A stretch of DNA of 64,000 nt, from positions 1,180,001 through 1,244,000 of the forward strand of contig CM076001.1 in NCBI GenBank assembly GCA_038087875.1, given 5' to 3'. Below the pieces are notes generated by a model that was given only the letters and a program-made list of their open reading frames with translations, was not told where the DNA came from and did no database searches. The position numbers and the translations under genes were made by a program. Shown here piece after piece: positions 1 to 12,113 of this stretch (its first letter is position 1; each line of letters begins with the position of its first letter). This DNA is from Malacoraja senta. Taxonomy: Eukaryota.

Positions 1-117
1 GCATATATAAATATTATCTCACTTTTTTGCAAGCCTATTGAGCTATCTTTATTTGTTCTTTCATGCTCTGGTCCCACTTTCCATTACTCATTTGCCTCCT
101 TTCACAATCTTCCATAG

Positions 118-346
118 AAGAAAACACTAAATTTATGGAATCATTTGATGAAAAATGGTGCGTGTCTTCGCCAGAATGCCTTCTTCCCACGAGTTGTCTT
201 TCTGAATCCTGTATGTGAACTGGACTCAGAAGTGCCTCAGATAAATGAGGTCATAGCTCCAAGCAATGTTGAATCCTTTATTTGTTCGTTCAAGCAAGGC
301 TATGTGTCATGGATGACCAATATTTTTACACCACATTGGTTGTCTG
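118..346 (+). CDS. Internal coding exon of an unidentified host gene (KKTLNLWNHLMKNG...FTPHWLS/G)
   Basis: Pyrimidine tract ending ...TTCCATAG at 116-117 (alternative NAGNAG acceptor AAG at 118-120); open frame; donor G|GTGAGT at 347. The phase-1 end matches the next exon. Confidence 0.75.
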
Positions 347-1049
347 GTGAGTACTGCAGCATATTTAAATATATTTTTACTGTTTGAATTAGAGACATGA
401 ATTAGTTGGCAAAGTGAAAATAAATTAATGTTGTTAGCACTTAATAAAAATACAAATTTTTACATTTCACTAATCAAGATTTCAAATTGTTAGTTTTTCA
501 CCTTGTCTAAAATCAGAATAAATATTACGTATGATCAGAAATACTTGAAATTTGACGAGAAAATTGGTGAATTTTTGTACCTTATAATAGAAGATATGCC
601 AAAACTAATTCTAAAAATAAATTATGATTATTAAGATAAAGTTAAATAATCATACCTGATTTCAGGTAAGCTAACCATGGTGTGTTTGTTAACAATCCAG
701 TGACTTAACTAATTATCTGGATTGACAAGTTTTGAAACAATTGGAGAATTGTCTATTCAGGTCAAAAATCTGTTATGCTTACCCATAAGGATGATTCCAA
801 TCCCAGAGCAACATGCTGAGGCATTATTTCCATCTAAAATGGCTAACAATTTACTTTTTTGAACACTACTTATTTGAACCAAAGTGCAACGAAAATGATA
901 TTACTAATAAAATCAGATGAATCACCAGTCATCATTCTCTCTGGCTGACATGATAATGGAACATTTTCCAAAATCTTCCACTGACATGGCAATGTGCTAA
1001 AATTTGAAGAACTGTCCAATAGATCAGTCAAACAGCAGTCTCATAGAGG

Positions 1050-1420
1050 AACAGGGAAGACAATGGGGATGGTGTGGGGAGACCGCTGTGAAGAACAATG
1101 GGGACCCGGTGAGGGGGGACTGCCGTGAGAGTCGGTGGGGACCTGGTGATGGACGTTGGGAGAACAAAGGGGGAGCCAGTTTGGGGGAGGGGGGGGGGAT
1201 CTCGTTAGTTTTATAATCCTCTGCCCAGGGGATAAGCCTGTTCATTTGTTTGTTGTTCGTTCTGGTCCGTTCCGGTTTAGGCCCTGTGCACATGGCAACC
1301 AGCCAACAGTTGCTTGTCTTTTTTTTTGCACTTTTAATTTCAAGTTTTTGTGTACCTTGTGTGTTGTGACTGTTGGCAGACCAATTTCCCTCCGGGCTTG
1401 AATAAAGTTTTATCGATCGT
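1050..1420 (+). mobile_element. Probable 3' end remnant of a LINE
   Basis: Ends ...CCAATTTCCCTCCGGGCTTGAATAAAGTTTTATCGATCGTA, resembling fish LINE 3' tails. No ORF support. Confidence 0.3.
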
Positions 1421-1424
1421 AGGT

Positions 1425-1790
1425 AGGTTCAGGCGGACTGAGCGAAGGTGTTCTGCGATACGATCGCCCAGTCTACGTTTGGTCTCTCCGATGTATAAGA
1501 GGCCACATCTTGAACAACGGATACAGTAGATGAGGTTGTAGGAGGTGCAAGTGAACCTCTGTCTAACCTGAAAGGACTGTCGGGGTCCTTAAACGGAGTC
1601 AAGGGAGGATGTATGAGGACAGGTGTTGCATCTTCTGCGGTTGCAGAGGAAGGTACCTGGGTAGGGGGTGGTTTGGGTGGGAAGGGATGAGTTAACCAGG
1701 GAACGGTTCCCCTCCTCTTGGACCTGCCCAAACGGCCTTCTACCCTCTCTAGATCTATTCGTTTCTAACTGCCGGCATGACATCAACCGG
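1425..1790 (-). mobile_element. Penelope-like element fragment (GIY-YIG endonuclease region on -, short oppositely oriented ORF piece at ~1704-1790)
   Basis: Minus strand reads PGTFLCNRRRCNTC...QRFTCTSYNLIYCIRCSRCGLLYIGETKRRLGDR, homologous to 11230-11556. The + piece PSSWTCPNGLLPSLDLFVSNCRHDINR resembles the upstream part of a Penelope ORF. Confidence 0.75.
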
Positions 1791-2697
1791 GGGCAGAGGG
1801 TGTGGGGTGTGTTGTCGGGGGGGGGTTGTGGGGGAAGGGGGGGTGTATGGGTGGGGGGGGTGTGGGGGGAGAGGGTGTGGGCGGGGGGGTTGTGGTGGGA
1901 GAGGGGTGTGGGGGAGAGGGGGGGTGTTGGTGGGGGAGTTGTGGGTGGAGGTGGGGTGTGGGCGGGGGGTATGTGGGGGGAGGGGTGTGTGGGCGGGGGG
2001 GTTGTGGGTGGAGAGGGGTGTGTGGGCGGGGGGAGTTGTGGGTGGAGAGGGGTGTGGGTGGGGGGAGGGAGGGGAGAGTGCTTGGAGAAAAGACGGGAAG
2101 GGCCATGGGGGAGAGGGGGGTGCCACGGGGGAGAGGGGCATGAGCCAGCTAGGGGGACCAGAGGGAAAGCGGCTGGAGTTGGCGATGCGATGGGGACTCA
2201 CAGCAGGTGCTGGTCGTTCTCCGCCGGGATCAGAGTCACCGCTTTCTGTTTGGCGACATCTCCGGTGCCGGGCCTGGCTGGGCTGCGCTGGGCTGGGCCG
2301 CTTCCGGTCCCTCCGAAATTGTGTCTGGCTGGAGACCTCAGCTGGCCATTCATAGCGTCCCTCAGCTCGAGTAAAAACGCAATGGCGCAGGAAGGGGCAG
2401 ACCGTCCTGCGGAATGACAGGAGAAGAGACTAATCCACGCGGCGCTGACTGGCAGGAGAGATCGATCTGCGCACGCGCGCTTATTAAGATTTTTAAACCT
2501 CGCTAACTTTTACAATAGACCTCCGATCGGAACAAAACTTTGTGCACTTGCAGCACAGGAGAACGGTGAGTAAGCTGGTGAAAAATCGTAGCGCTATCAC
2601 GTACCGTTTTTGCGCAAATAGAAAAACCGCGCAAACCGGAAGATAACAAGATCAGAGTTTTAGTTATGTATAGATAGACGCATAGATAGATAGATAT
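1790..2697 (-). mobile_element. Helitron-like non-autonomous element, 5' part, with G-rich tract
   Basis: The - strand 5' end TATCTATCTATC...TAAAACTCTGATCTTG matches the 5' ends of units at ~23290 and 36153. G-rich low-complexity sequence spans 1790-2160. Confidence 0.5.
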
Positions 2698-3082
2698 CAT
2701 TGTATGTACATGATTATGAGACCCACCACTATAAAAACCAGTCTTCAGCTAATTTAATTTATTTCACCTGATAATAAGAAACAGCTAATTGTACTGAATA
2801 CAACCGCGGCTATGGGCTTCAGTTGTCCTTGCTGTAGTGCTGAAGACCCATGTTCCAGAACTAACAGCAGCAAGTAAAACTCTCCCAGTTGAGTTAGATA
2901 GTCTGAGAATATTTTCAGTCACAATGGGAAAAATGTCTCACTGACTTGTGGAAATATCTGGCTTATAACTCATCAAAATGGAGAAGGTACCTCTGGGATG
3001 GCCTGAGAGATTCTTTTCATCAAGACCACAGGGAACCTCGGTGAGGACGAATGACGAAGTGCACGAACGCCGATATCAACCA

Positions 3083-4214
3083 CGGTACCCAGACGTGGCG
3101 CCGACGGACGAGAAGCCGAAGCAAAGAAGTGGAAGCCAAGTAACGGAATGAAAACGAAGCCGAAACGCCAAATAACCGAATGGAAACGAAGCCTAAGCTC
3201 CAACTAACCGAAAGGGTGGGATGCCTAAATGCAAACTAACCGAAAGGGTGGGACGCCTAAAAGCCAACTAACCGAAAGGCTGCGTCGCCTAAAAGCAAAC
3301 TCACCAAATGGCTGCTCTGCCGAAACGTTACCTACCCGAAAGGCGTCGTCGCCTACAAGCCAACGAACCGAATGCCGCTCAACAGAAAAGTCAAATGATG
3401 GACATGACGTCGCCAGGGGGCTTGTCAACGATTGGTCCAGGCCCCCACGTCCAGCAGAGGTGTGGGACAGGCTGGTCCCTCCGCCCACGCAGAGTCACTG
3501 ACCGCGATGCACTGCCATCGGACCCCGACCCCCACTCCTCCCCACCCCCCGAAGGTTGCGCTCCTTCGGCCGCTTCCAACTTGGTGCTCGGGTTCAGATT
3601 GCCCAGTCATCTATGGCTTGTGTGGGAAAATGACCCCTACCTTCCCGTCTCCACCGGCGGGAGGGTGGGGGTCATTTACCCACACAAGCCATAGGTGACT
3701 GGGCAATCTGAACCCAAGCACCAAGTTGTAAGCGGCCGAAGGTGCGCATCCCTCGGGACAGCCTCCATTCTCCCATGGCCTCCCTGTGGGTCGGGTGGAA
3801 CGGAGGTGTGGGACAATGTTCATCCCTCCACAGTGATGTGATGGATGCGGGGGTCTGGACCAATCGCTGACAAGTCCCGCCTCCCGGCAACGTCATGTCC
3901 GTTATTTGACTTTTCTGTTGAGCGGCATTCGGTTCGTTGGCTTGTATGCGACGCCGCCTTTCGGTAGGTGGCGTTTCGGCAGAGCGGCCATTCGGTGAGT
4001 TTGCTTTTAGGCGACGCAGCCTTTCGGTTAGTTGGCTTTTAGGCGTTCCGCCCTTTCGGTTAGTTTGCATTTAGGCGTCCCACCCTTTCAGTTAGTTGGT
4101 GTTTGGGCTTCGTTTCCATTCGGTTATTTGGCATTTCGGCTTCGTTTCCATCTGGTTATTTGGCTTCACTTCTTTGCTTCGGCTTCTCGTCCGTCGGCGC
4201 CACGTCCGCACACG
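3083..4214. mobile_element. Non-autonomous foldback-type DNA transposon (long TIRs with CCGAA-rich subrepeats)
   Basis: Inverted arms of ~370 bp (3090-3450 versus ~3840-4210), central hairpin 3549-3756, and flanking direct repeat ATCAACCA(C) at 3075-3082 and 4215-4222. Confidence 0.85.
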
Positions 4215-4920
4215 ATCAACCACTAACCTCCACAATGTAACTCCTGCCCCACCTGTGATTGAGTCTGCTGATCCCAACTGGAACACATAGAAGACAAGTC
4301 TTCCTCATCCTTGAGGGACTCCCAAAAAGAAAGATCGATCATATTGTTGTATCTGGGTTTTTTTGTATAACCTTGTCGGTGAATAAGTAAACAGTCAGGA
4401 ACTACTGCAAAAAACTATTGATTCTGCAAGCCTGGGCAAACAACAGTTGTAATCCAGACAGCAGTCAATCACATGATTCTCGGATTAATAATGCAGCAGC
4501 ATGAAAGCCGTGATCTTATTTTAACGTACAGTAAATAGCACAGAAGGTAATGATTGTAGGGACTCGGCCTGGACAGCTTGTTTCCCCTCATTGACTCTGG
4601 TGTTAAGAGTTGTAGAGTTATACAGCACAGAAACAGACCCTTCTGCCCAACTCTTGCATGCTGACCAAGATACCCATCTACATTTGTCCCATCTGCCAAC
4701 CGTTGGCATGTTCCTCTAAACCCTTTCTATCCATATACTTATCCTAATGTCTTTTAAATATTGTTACAAGATATGCCTCAATCACTTCTTCTGGCAGCTT
4801 GTCCTATATACGTACCACCCTCTGTGCAAAAAAGTGACCCTCAGGTTCAATTTTTTTTTCTCCCCCCAATTTTAAACCTATACCCTCAAGTTCTTGATTC
4901 CCCAACACCAGGAAAAAGAC

Positions 4921-5203
4921 GAAATGAGTAGAAAGGAACTGCAGATGCTGGTTTACATTGAAGATAGACACAAAATGCCAGAGTAACTCAGCGGGACAGG
5001 CAGCATCTCTGGATAGAAGGAATGGGTGATAGACACACAAAGCTGGTGCAACTCAGCGGGACAGGCAGCATCTCTGGAGAGAAGGAATGCGTGACATTTT
5101 GGGTTGAGATGATTCGAGTTTTGGGAACCCGAAACGTCACCCATTCCTTCTATCCAGAGATGCTGCCTGTCCTGCTGAGTTACTCCAGCATATTATGTCT
5201 ATC
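4921..5203. mobile_element. Short palindromic Penelope-pLTR-derived element (one arm tandemly duplicated)
   Basis: Two direct copies of GATAGACACA..AACTCAGCGGGACAGGCAGCATCTCTGGA followed by the inverted copy with CCCGAAACGTCACC. Degenerate flanking duplication at 4907-4920 and 5204-5217. Confidence 0.7.
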
Positions 5204-5344
5204 ACTGAGAAAAGGACTATGCATTCACCATCTCTATTTTTCTCATGATTTTATACACCTCTAAGATCATCCCTCAGCTCCTGCGCTCCAAGGCATAAAG
5301 TGCTAGCTTGACCTACCTCGCTCTATGGCTCATCCCCTCTAGCC

Positions 5345-6041
5345 CTGTCTGTCTATCTATCTATCTGTCTGTCTGTCTGTCTATCTCTCATTTTATTTGT
5401 TTGTGAGTCTGTCTGTCTGTGTGCCTGTCTGTGTGGTGTACCAAGTTTTTGGTACACCACATACACTGTTTTTAACGTGCCTGTACCGTTTTGAATTACG
5501 CCAAAACAGTATAAGATACCACTACAATTTTTGACCCACCTTACTCACCATTGTCTGTGTGTGGTGTACCAAGTTTCATTCAGATTGATGTTATATTTTA
5601 CAAGTTATTCACATTTTTAACTTTACAAAATCCCATTTTGAGAACAATTTCTTCCATCTGCACTGGCAGTTAGCAGCTATGATGTCACAATGGGATTTTA
5701 GCCCTGCTCGATACAATGTTGCTATCCCAGGACACTCCTGCCAGTCCTAGCAAGTGCAATTGCAAGGTACAATGTTGCAATTCCTTTTTTTATATTCCTG
5801 GCAGCACGGATTTTTTTTAAAGTTTAATGAGGGAGGGTGAATAAGAAGAAATGAGCCGCCCCAGCGCAGTTGGGGGTATGGATGAGTGCTGGAATATTGC
5901 GTTGGGGGAACGGCTTGCGTTGGGGGAATGGGTGGAATATTGCGTTGGGGGACCAGGCTTCCTGCGGGGGGCTATGGGTGAGTGGTGGAATGTTGCATTG
6001 GTAATACCAGGCCTCCCGTGTGACAGGGTCCCACGGTCTAG
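5345..6041 (+). mobile_element. Helitron-like non-autonomous element, unit 1 of a tandem pair
   Basis: 5' TCTG/TCTA microsatellite; 3' ...GGGTCCCACGGTCTAG|T. Internal homology to unit 2 (CTACAATTTTTG.CCCACCTTAC). Confidence 0.6.
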
Positions 6042-7258
6042 TATATATATATATATATATATTACTAAAACTCATCTTTGTTTGTTTGTATGTATGTGAG
6101 TGAGTCCTGGAAACTCTGCTAAAACGGTATACGATAGCGCTACAATTTTTGGCCCACCTTACCCACCATTGTCCTGGGGTGTCCAATAGCCAAGTTTTGT
6201 TCAGATTGATGGTATCTTTCACAAGTTATTGACATTTTAAACTTTACAAAAAACACTTTTCCACTTGCCCTGCCTGTCGGCTGCGTTCGACGTCACAATG
6301 GGATCCCGAATTATATTTACATAAAAAAATCGCGATTTTTACTAAAGTCTCAGAAACAACTCAGTTTTAATCAAATTCTTCCGTTTTCATTAACAGCTAA
6401 CATTGTGTTTAGGTTATTTCAAAGAAAAAACCCAATTTTCATTGAGAATTCTATTTAATAAAAAGCCATTTTCATTTTGGGGATTAGGATAGGGGGAGGT
6501 TTCATTTTTTTTTTAAATCACTATTTTCATTGTGTGGGGGGAGTAGGGGGATGGAGGGAAAGTAGGGGGATAGGGAGGGGTGGGGGAGGTGATGGAGAGT
6601 GGGGAGGAGGGGGGATAGGAGAGGAGTGGGGGATAGATGGAGAGGAGGGCAGTGGGGGAGGTGAAAAGGGAGAGTGGAGGGTGGGATGGGGGAGGTGAGG
6701 AGTGGGAGAGCAGGGGGATAGAGGGAGAGGAGGCGGTAGGGAGGGAAGAGGGGTTATGGAGGGAGGGAGGGAGTGTCTGAGCGTAGAGGAAAGGAGAGGG
6801 AGGGTGAAGAGGAGGGGGAGGGAGTGCTGGGGATGAGGGAATGGAGGAGGATAATGGTAGGAAGAGGGATGGTGAGGTAATGGAGGAGGGGAGGGGGAAG
6901 AGGGTGGAGGGGAGCGAAGGGGTGAAGGGAGGAGTTGAGAAGTGTTGGTGGAGGATGGGGAGAGGGAGGAAAATGGAGGAGGGGAATATGGGATTGAAGA
7001 GGGAGTGAGATGCGTTCACATTGATCTTATATTGTACAGGTTATTGCCATTTTGAACTTTAAATACGTCGCAGTTGCGCTCCCACTTGCCGGCCACGCCT
7101 GCACAGCTGGGGGAGAGTTGCCGTGACTCGCGTCACAACGGGGATCTCTGGCATCACAACGGGACCCCCGTCAGTTGTAGCTGCGCAGTTTGGGGCTATG
7201 AGTCAGTGGTGGAATATTGCCTTGGGGGACTGGCCCAACGGGTCCATACCTGGTCCGG
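6042..7258 (+). mobile_element. Helitron-like non-autonomous element, unit 2 (purine-rich tract 6530-7010)
   Basis: 5' (TA)nTTACTAAAACTCATCTT; 3' hairpin GGCCCAACGGGTCC with mutated CTAG (CCGG). Closely similar to 36916-41009. Confidence 0.6.
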
Positions 7259-7584
7259 TATCCTCATAAATCTTCTCTGCACTCTTTTCAGCGTAATGAC
7301 ATCCTTCCTTTGGCAGGTTGACCAAAACTGAGCACAGTATTACAATTGTGACCTCACCAACGTCTTCCACACTTTCAGGTTTCTGTACGTAAATAAACGA
7401 AGCAGAGAATGGGACTACTTTTTTCTTTTTGACTAAAGCTAATTTTAAATTACATTTATTCTTGAAACATCATTTGTTACTGTGCTTCATCCACTATTGA
7501 CCTGAGGGAAGAAATTCACCTTGGATTTCTAATGTTGAATTAGTGCAGAGGTTTAGGTTACCAAATGTACTTGTTACTACACTT

Positions 7585-7775
7585 TCCGTTCTGTGGTCTT
7601 AGGTAGAATCCATTGTGCACTCTGGTATTTTTCTCTCTTTGCACTAACTGTTGTACTTGGGTATGGCGTGATTGAACTTGTGTATAGTATGATTTGAATT
7701 GATTGGATAGCACATAAACAAAATGTTTCCACTATATCTCAGTACATGTGACAATAATAGACAAATACCGATACC
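7585..7775 (+). mobile_element. Probable LINE 3' tail remnant
   Basis: Ends ...CACTATATCTCAGTACATGTGACAATAATA, typical of fish/shark LINE tails. No ORF. Confidence 0.3.
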
Positions 7776-8081
7776 AATGAAGGAAGTTAAGAAGTATTAC
7801 CTGCGACAATTTTTTTGACATTACATCCCATGTGGTAAACTTCCTCCAGCCACTATCCAAAATAGCAGTTCATATATATTTTTGACAAATAGGGCAAATA
7901 TTCTTATTCGATATTCAAATGTCTATGGTCTAGAAGATGGACTCATGTTGTTGTGATTCTGTACTTGCTAATAATTCTTAGCTATCCTGCTCCTCAAAAT
8001 AGACTTTAACATTTAAAACATTTATTTAGAAAATAACGGTGTAGGTATTATTAGTTAAATGCAGTCTATTAATGTTTGTAA

Positions 8082-8715
8082 AGCCCCTGTCCGACTTAGG
8101 TGATTTTTCCGGCGACTGTCACAGTCGTAGCAGGTCGCCGAAAAAGCGGCGACTGGACCCCCCCCACGACAATGTCTATGACAACCTACCCCCTAGTCGA
8201 TGTCAATGTATGGCAAGCTACTGACAACCGGCGACCCATTAGGATGTCCACCTACGACCATACCTACAACAACCTACGACCACAAAGGCGACAACCTACG
8301 CCAACCAAAGTCAATCTACGTCCACCCGCGACAAGCTATGACAAGCAACGACCCTGTCGGCAACAACTGAAGACAATTCAATCGCTGGTACCTGTCGCCG
8401 GTTGATGTAGGTAGTCGCCAATGGAATTCACCGAAGTCAGCACCCGGCGACAACCAACCTCACCTGGCGACAACCTGTGTCATCCTGGCGACAACCTACG
8501 ACAGCACCTATGTCAGGAGAAGTCAAGCTACGTCAAGCCCACATTCGCCGAAATTTTTTGAACATTTCAAAATCCAGCGGCGACCAGAAAAACGTTAGGA
8601 CTCTAGGCGACTTGGGGAGACTACTCACGGCCATACAGGTGTCACCCCGCAACCATATGGCGACAGCCTAGTTGCCTGTGGTAGCCAAAAACATCGCCTA
8701 AGTGGGACAGGGGCT
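8082..8715. mobile_element. MITE, PIF/Harbinger-like
   Basis: TIR AGCCCCTGTCC(G/C)ACTTAGG(T/C)GAT at both ends; flanks TAA and CAA (imperfect 3-bp TSD); internal CGAC-rich repeats. Confidence 0.75.
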
Positions 8716-9092
8716 CAACAAAGGAAATATAGACAGTGACGTATTCACTTTCTGAACATGTTGGTAGTGTTTGTTAATCCACACAAAATGCCTATTATAT
8801 TATTGTAAACAATCATTTAGAAAAAAAACTGATGAATATGATTCTGTGCCAGACTTCATAACAGTATACCACTATCTGCCGCAATCTTGATAGTATGTGC
8901 TTTCAAATTTCTCGAACACCAAGATTGTATGTAGGAAATCTACTGCTTTATTAAGGAAATTTATTGAGGTTTAAAATAGTTCAGAAAATAGTAATAGGGT
9001 CACTTGTGAATTATGTGATTTTTATTTTCTAAGAAGAAAATTTCAGATATTTTTGTGGGGGGTTTTGTCACCTTTTTTCTATGTATATACAG

Positions 9093-9313
9093 GCCACTTA
9101 TCATTCCGCCACATCAGTGATTTGACAAAAGCACTTGAAAAAATTGGCACATGGGACATTTTGGACCTGCATGGTGGACAACGGTTGATAGGTGACTATC
9201 AAGGCTGCGTACATATAGCTGTGAATCGAGATGAGACAGATGAACTAGAATTTTCACATCAAAGGAATTTGACTACTGGGTATCTCTGGGCCCTGATAGG
9301 TTATTCACCACAG
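9093..9313 (+). CDS. Internal coding exon of the same gene (GHLSFRHISDL...WALIGYSPQ)
   Basis: Acceptor CCTTTTTTCTATGTATATACAG| and donor CAG|GTAAGT. G+GC forms Gly in phase with exon 118-346, and the exon ends in phase 0. Confidence 0.8.
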
Positions 9314-11036
9314 GTAAGTCTACTCATGGTTATTTAATGTATGTCTTAAATGTTTCTATACTGAAAAAGAACTTTGACTGAGAGATGTTGTGAAGATAAT
9401 CATATTGAGCCTTATCCAGTTAGTGGAAAAGGAAATCTATGAATAATATTGACATAGGATATGTATATCCCAACTTACACCTCATAATTATTTTTAACAA
9501 CTATCTGAAACCAGTCCACAATCATAATCTGAAATTGAGACTATAGAAGATGGATTTCAAAAAGTGAAGAAACAAGTCACTGAAGAATTATATTAGTCAA
9601 GCATCCAAATTGGTCTTTTGGATTTAGATAATGATCTGTTATTTAATCGCATTCATCGTAAGATATGGAATGCTTCTTGACCTAGCTTTCACCTTGCTTT
9701 AATAGATTGATGTACATTACATGGCAAATCACTCCAGTTTAGGAGTTACTCTCGGGAACTTAAGCCATAAAAGCATAATCTGTCAGTCTTCAGCTGATGT
9801 ACGCAAATGTTGTGATTCTTAGAAATATGAATTTCATGAAAAAGAACTGACATAATTGACATATTAAATACTTTTTAAATTAGAATTCATGTAGAAGAGA
9901 ATAACCTATAAACTGATTTCACCCATCAATCCATTTTAGAGTTGTGATAACACTTGTGGATTATTTTTAATTCATTCAGTCTCTTCCTTAGACAGTGAAC
10001 TATTAACTTAGATCTATCCTAGCAAAAAAGTACAGCTTATTAAATGGTCTATAAATACCTTGCATCACAATATGGAGATTGACGAGCAATTTGCATTGCT
10101 TGAGAACTACCATTCTCGTAAGTCTATTATCTCTGAAAAACATAATGACCTATGTTAAATCCATCTTTTACCAAGAGCATGCTCATGATAAAATAAAATG
10201 AGATCTCATACATAGAATACATTGTTGTAAGGAGTTTAGTAACGATTGACTTGTGATTTCTCATAATTCTCCACTGAAGTGTGACAATGTAATATCATTC
10301 AGAGATTTAATTATTTTATACAGGAATGATACGTTAAGATTTCAATGTAGCAAACTAGTTTGCAAAATAATCCCCTTTAGTCTGACATTAATAACTATGT
10401 TGACTTTTCTGGTCATTCTCCCACAATGTGTTGATTCACTTGCACCAAAAGTAGAATCGTGATTTTGAAATAATTGTATTAACGCTGGAAGAAGAAAATA
10501 TATTTTTGCAAAAGTAAACATGTTTTAACAGGGAACCTCTGCAGTAGTTTCATGCAGAAACTTGATGCCACCATAATGTGGACCTGTGCACACGTTGAAA
10601 AATGATAATACTTTTTAAAAAATGTGAATATCACTGAGACATCCCACATTTTCTATGAACATTCTGCTCATAAAAAGAGGACTGTGGGGACATATAAGGT
10701 TGACAAAGACACCACAGGCCTGTTCCATAAGTAAATTGTTTAGAAATTAGTTATTGGGAAACAGATCTTTGGACATAGGACAATCGAAAGGCACCAGGCA
10801 CTGATCTACTCCACAGACTGAACAGTCAAAACCTTTCCCCGGCGAAAATCAGATGTCCAAATTCAAGCAGATGGTTGTCAGATTGGGACAAGTTTTGTAG
10901 GAGATAAAGGATGGAAGATAGTCAAGTTTTCGACTTATCAATGGGTAAAGAGATTAAAGTAGTTGTGGTAGGCCTGTTGGTTGTGGGCGGGTTGTAGGTC
11001 TGTCTAGATGTTGTTGTACAGGCAATAAAGTTGCCT

Positions 11037-11785
11037 GGTACACAAAAATGCTGGAGAAATTCAGCAGGTGCAGCAGCATCTGTGGAGCGAAGGAAATAGG
11101 CAACGTTTCGGGCCGAAACCCTTCTTCAGACTGATGGGGGTTGGGAGGGGGCGGGGAGAAGAAATGAAAAAGGAGGAGTAGGAGCCCGAGGGCTGAGGGA
11201 GAGCTGGAAAGGGGAGGAGACAGCAAGGCCTAACAGAATTGTGAGAATTCAATGTTCATGCCACCAGGATGCAGACTCCCCAAGCGGAATATGAGGTGCT
11301 GTTCCTCCAATTTCCGGTGGTGCTCACTCTGGCCATGGAGGAGGCCCAGGACAGAGAGGTCGGATACGGAATGGGAGAGGGGGTTGAAGTGCTGAGCCAC
11401 CGGGAGGTCAGGTTGGTTAATGCGGACCGAGCGGAGGTGTTCGGCGAAACGATCGCCAAGCCTACGCTTGGTCTCACCGATGTAGATCAGCTGACATCTA
11501 GAGCAGCGGATGCAATAGATGAGGTTGGTGGAGATGCAGGTGAACCTCTGTCGCACCTGGAACGACTGCTTGGATCCTTGAATGGAGACGAGGGGGGAGG
11601 TAAAGCGACAAGTGTAGCATCTCTTGCGGTTGCAAGGGAAAGTGCCATGGGAGGAGGTGGTGCGGGAGGAAGGGAAGAATTGACAAGGGAGTTACGGAGG
11701 GAGCGGTCTTTGCGGAAGGCAGATGGGAAGATGTGGCGAGTGGTGGGGTCTCGTTGGAGGTGGCGAAACTGACGGAGGACAATGT
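11037..11785 (-). mobile_element. 5'-truncated Penelope-like retroelement with GIY-YIG endonuclease and pLTR
   Basis: ORF 11230-11556 (QRFTCISTNLIYCIRCSRCQLIYIGETKRRLGDRFAEH...HF...RKLEEQHLIFRLGSLHPGGMN). pLTR at 11037-11135. GTTGCCT duplicated at 11030-11036 and 11786-11792. Confidence 0.9.
11099..11134 (-). ncRNA. Minimal hammerhead-ribozyme-like motif in Penelope pLTR
   Basis: Minus strand CAGU-CUGAAGA-A-GGGU(UUCG)GCCC-GAAAC-GUU-GCC: conserved core CUGANGA/GAAA with stem II. Stem I is weak. Confidence 0.5.
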
Positions 11786-12113
11786 GTTGCCTTGTTAGTC
11801 CATGAAATAACGTGTAATATTATTTTCAGTTCAATGTCACTAGTTGGAGAGGGGTATGATTAATGAATGTGTGTGGGGTATTAATGAAAGTTGGAAAGGT
11901 GTCAAATGAATCAGTAAATTGAGGAGTCAGGGCAAATCAGGTGAAGGCCAAAGGTTTGAAAATAATTCTCTGGGGAAGGAACAGAATTATTTGGGGCTTT
12001 CAATAAAGAACCAGGTTTTGAAAGGGGAGCTACTTGTGTCAATTAAGTGAAGCATCCCTGCAAGAGAGTACCACAAATATCTCCCCCAGCAGGCAATGAC
12101 TTGCGTTTCTCAG

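Larger units (their letters stand above)
4610..7370 (-). mobile_element. Old CR1 LINE 3' remnant, interrupted by a pLTR palindrome (4921-5203) and a Helitron-like tandem (5345-7258)
   Basis: 4610-4920, 5204-5345 and 7259-7370 resemble the 3' end of the CR1 at 37402-37990 (ATACAGCACAGAAACAGACCCTT..., ATCCTCATAAATCTTCTCTGCAC...). Confidence 0.65.

Noticed and set aside
1668..2417. Long Gly/Pro-rich ORFs in several frames (also 6477-7019, 35317-36143, 40561-40872, 49724-50959)
   Set aside because: Artefacts of stop-poor G/C-rich low-complexity tracts.
3110..3380. Short regularly spaced CCGAA repeats, superficially CRISPR-like (also 58260-58470)
   Set aside because: No constant repeat with unique spacers, no cas genes, eukaryotic context. 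These are transposon subterminal repeats.
3229..4070. Near-identical ORFs MQTNRKGGTPKSQL... on opposite strands
   Set aside because: A consequence of the inverted repeat; no domain or splice support.
2780..4580. Sequence flanking the foldback element might be an old retroelement remnant
   Set aside because: No recognisable protein motif could be read.
10532..10576. Possible alternative terminal exon (GTSAVVSCRNLMPP*)
   Set aside because: Weak acceptor and very short; the exon at 12114 is a better candidate.
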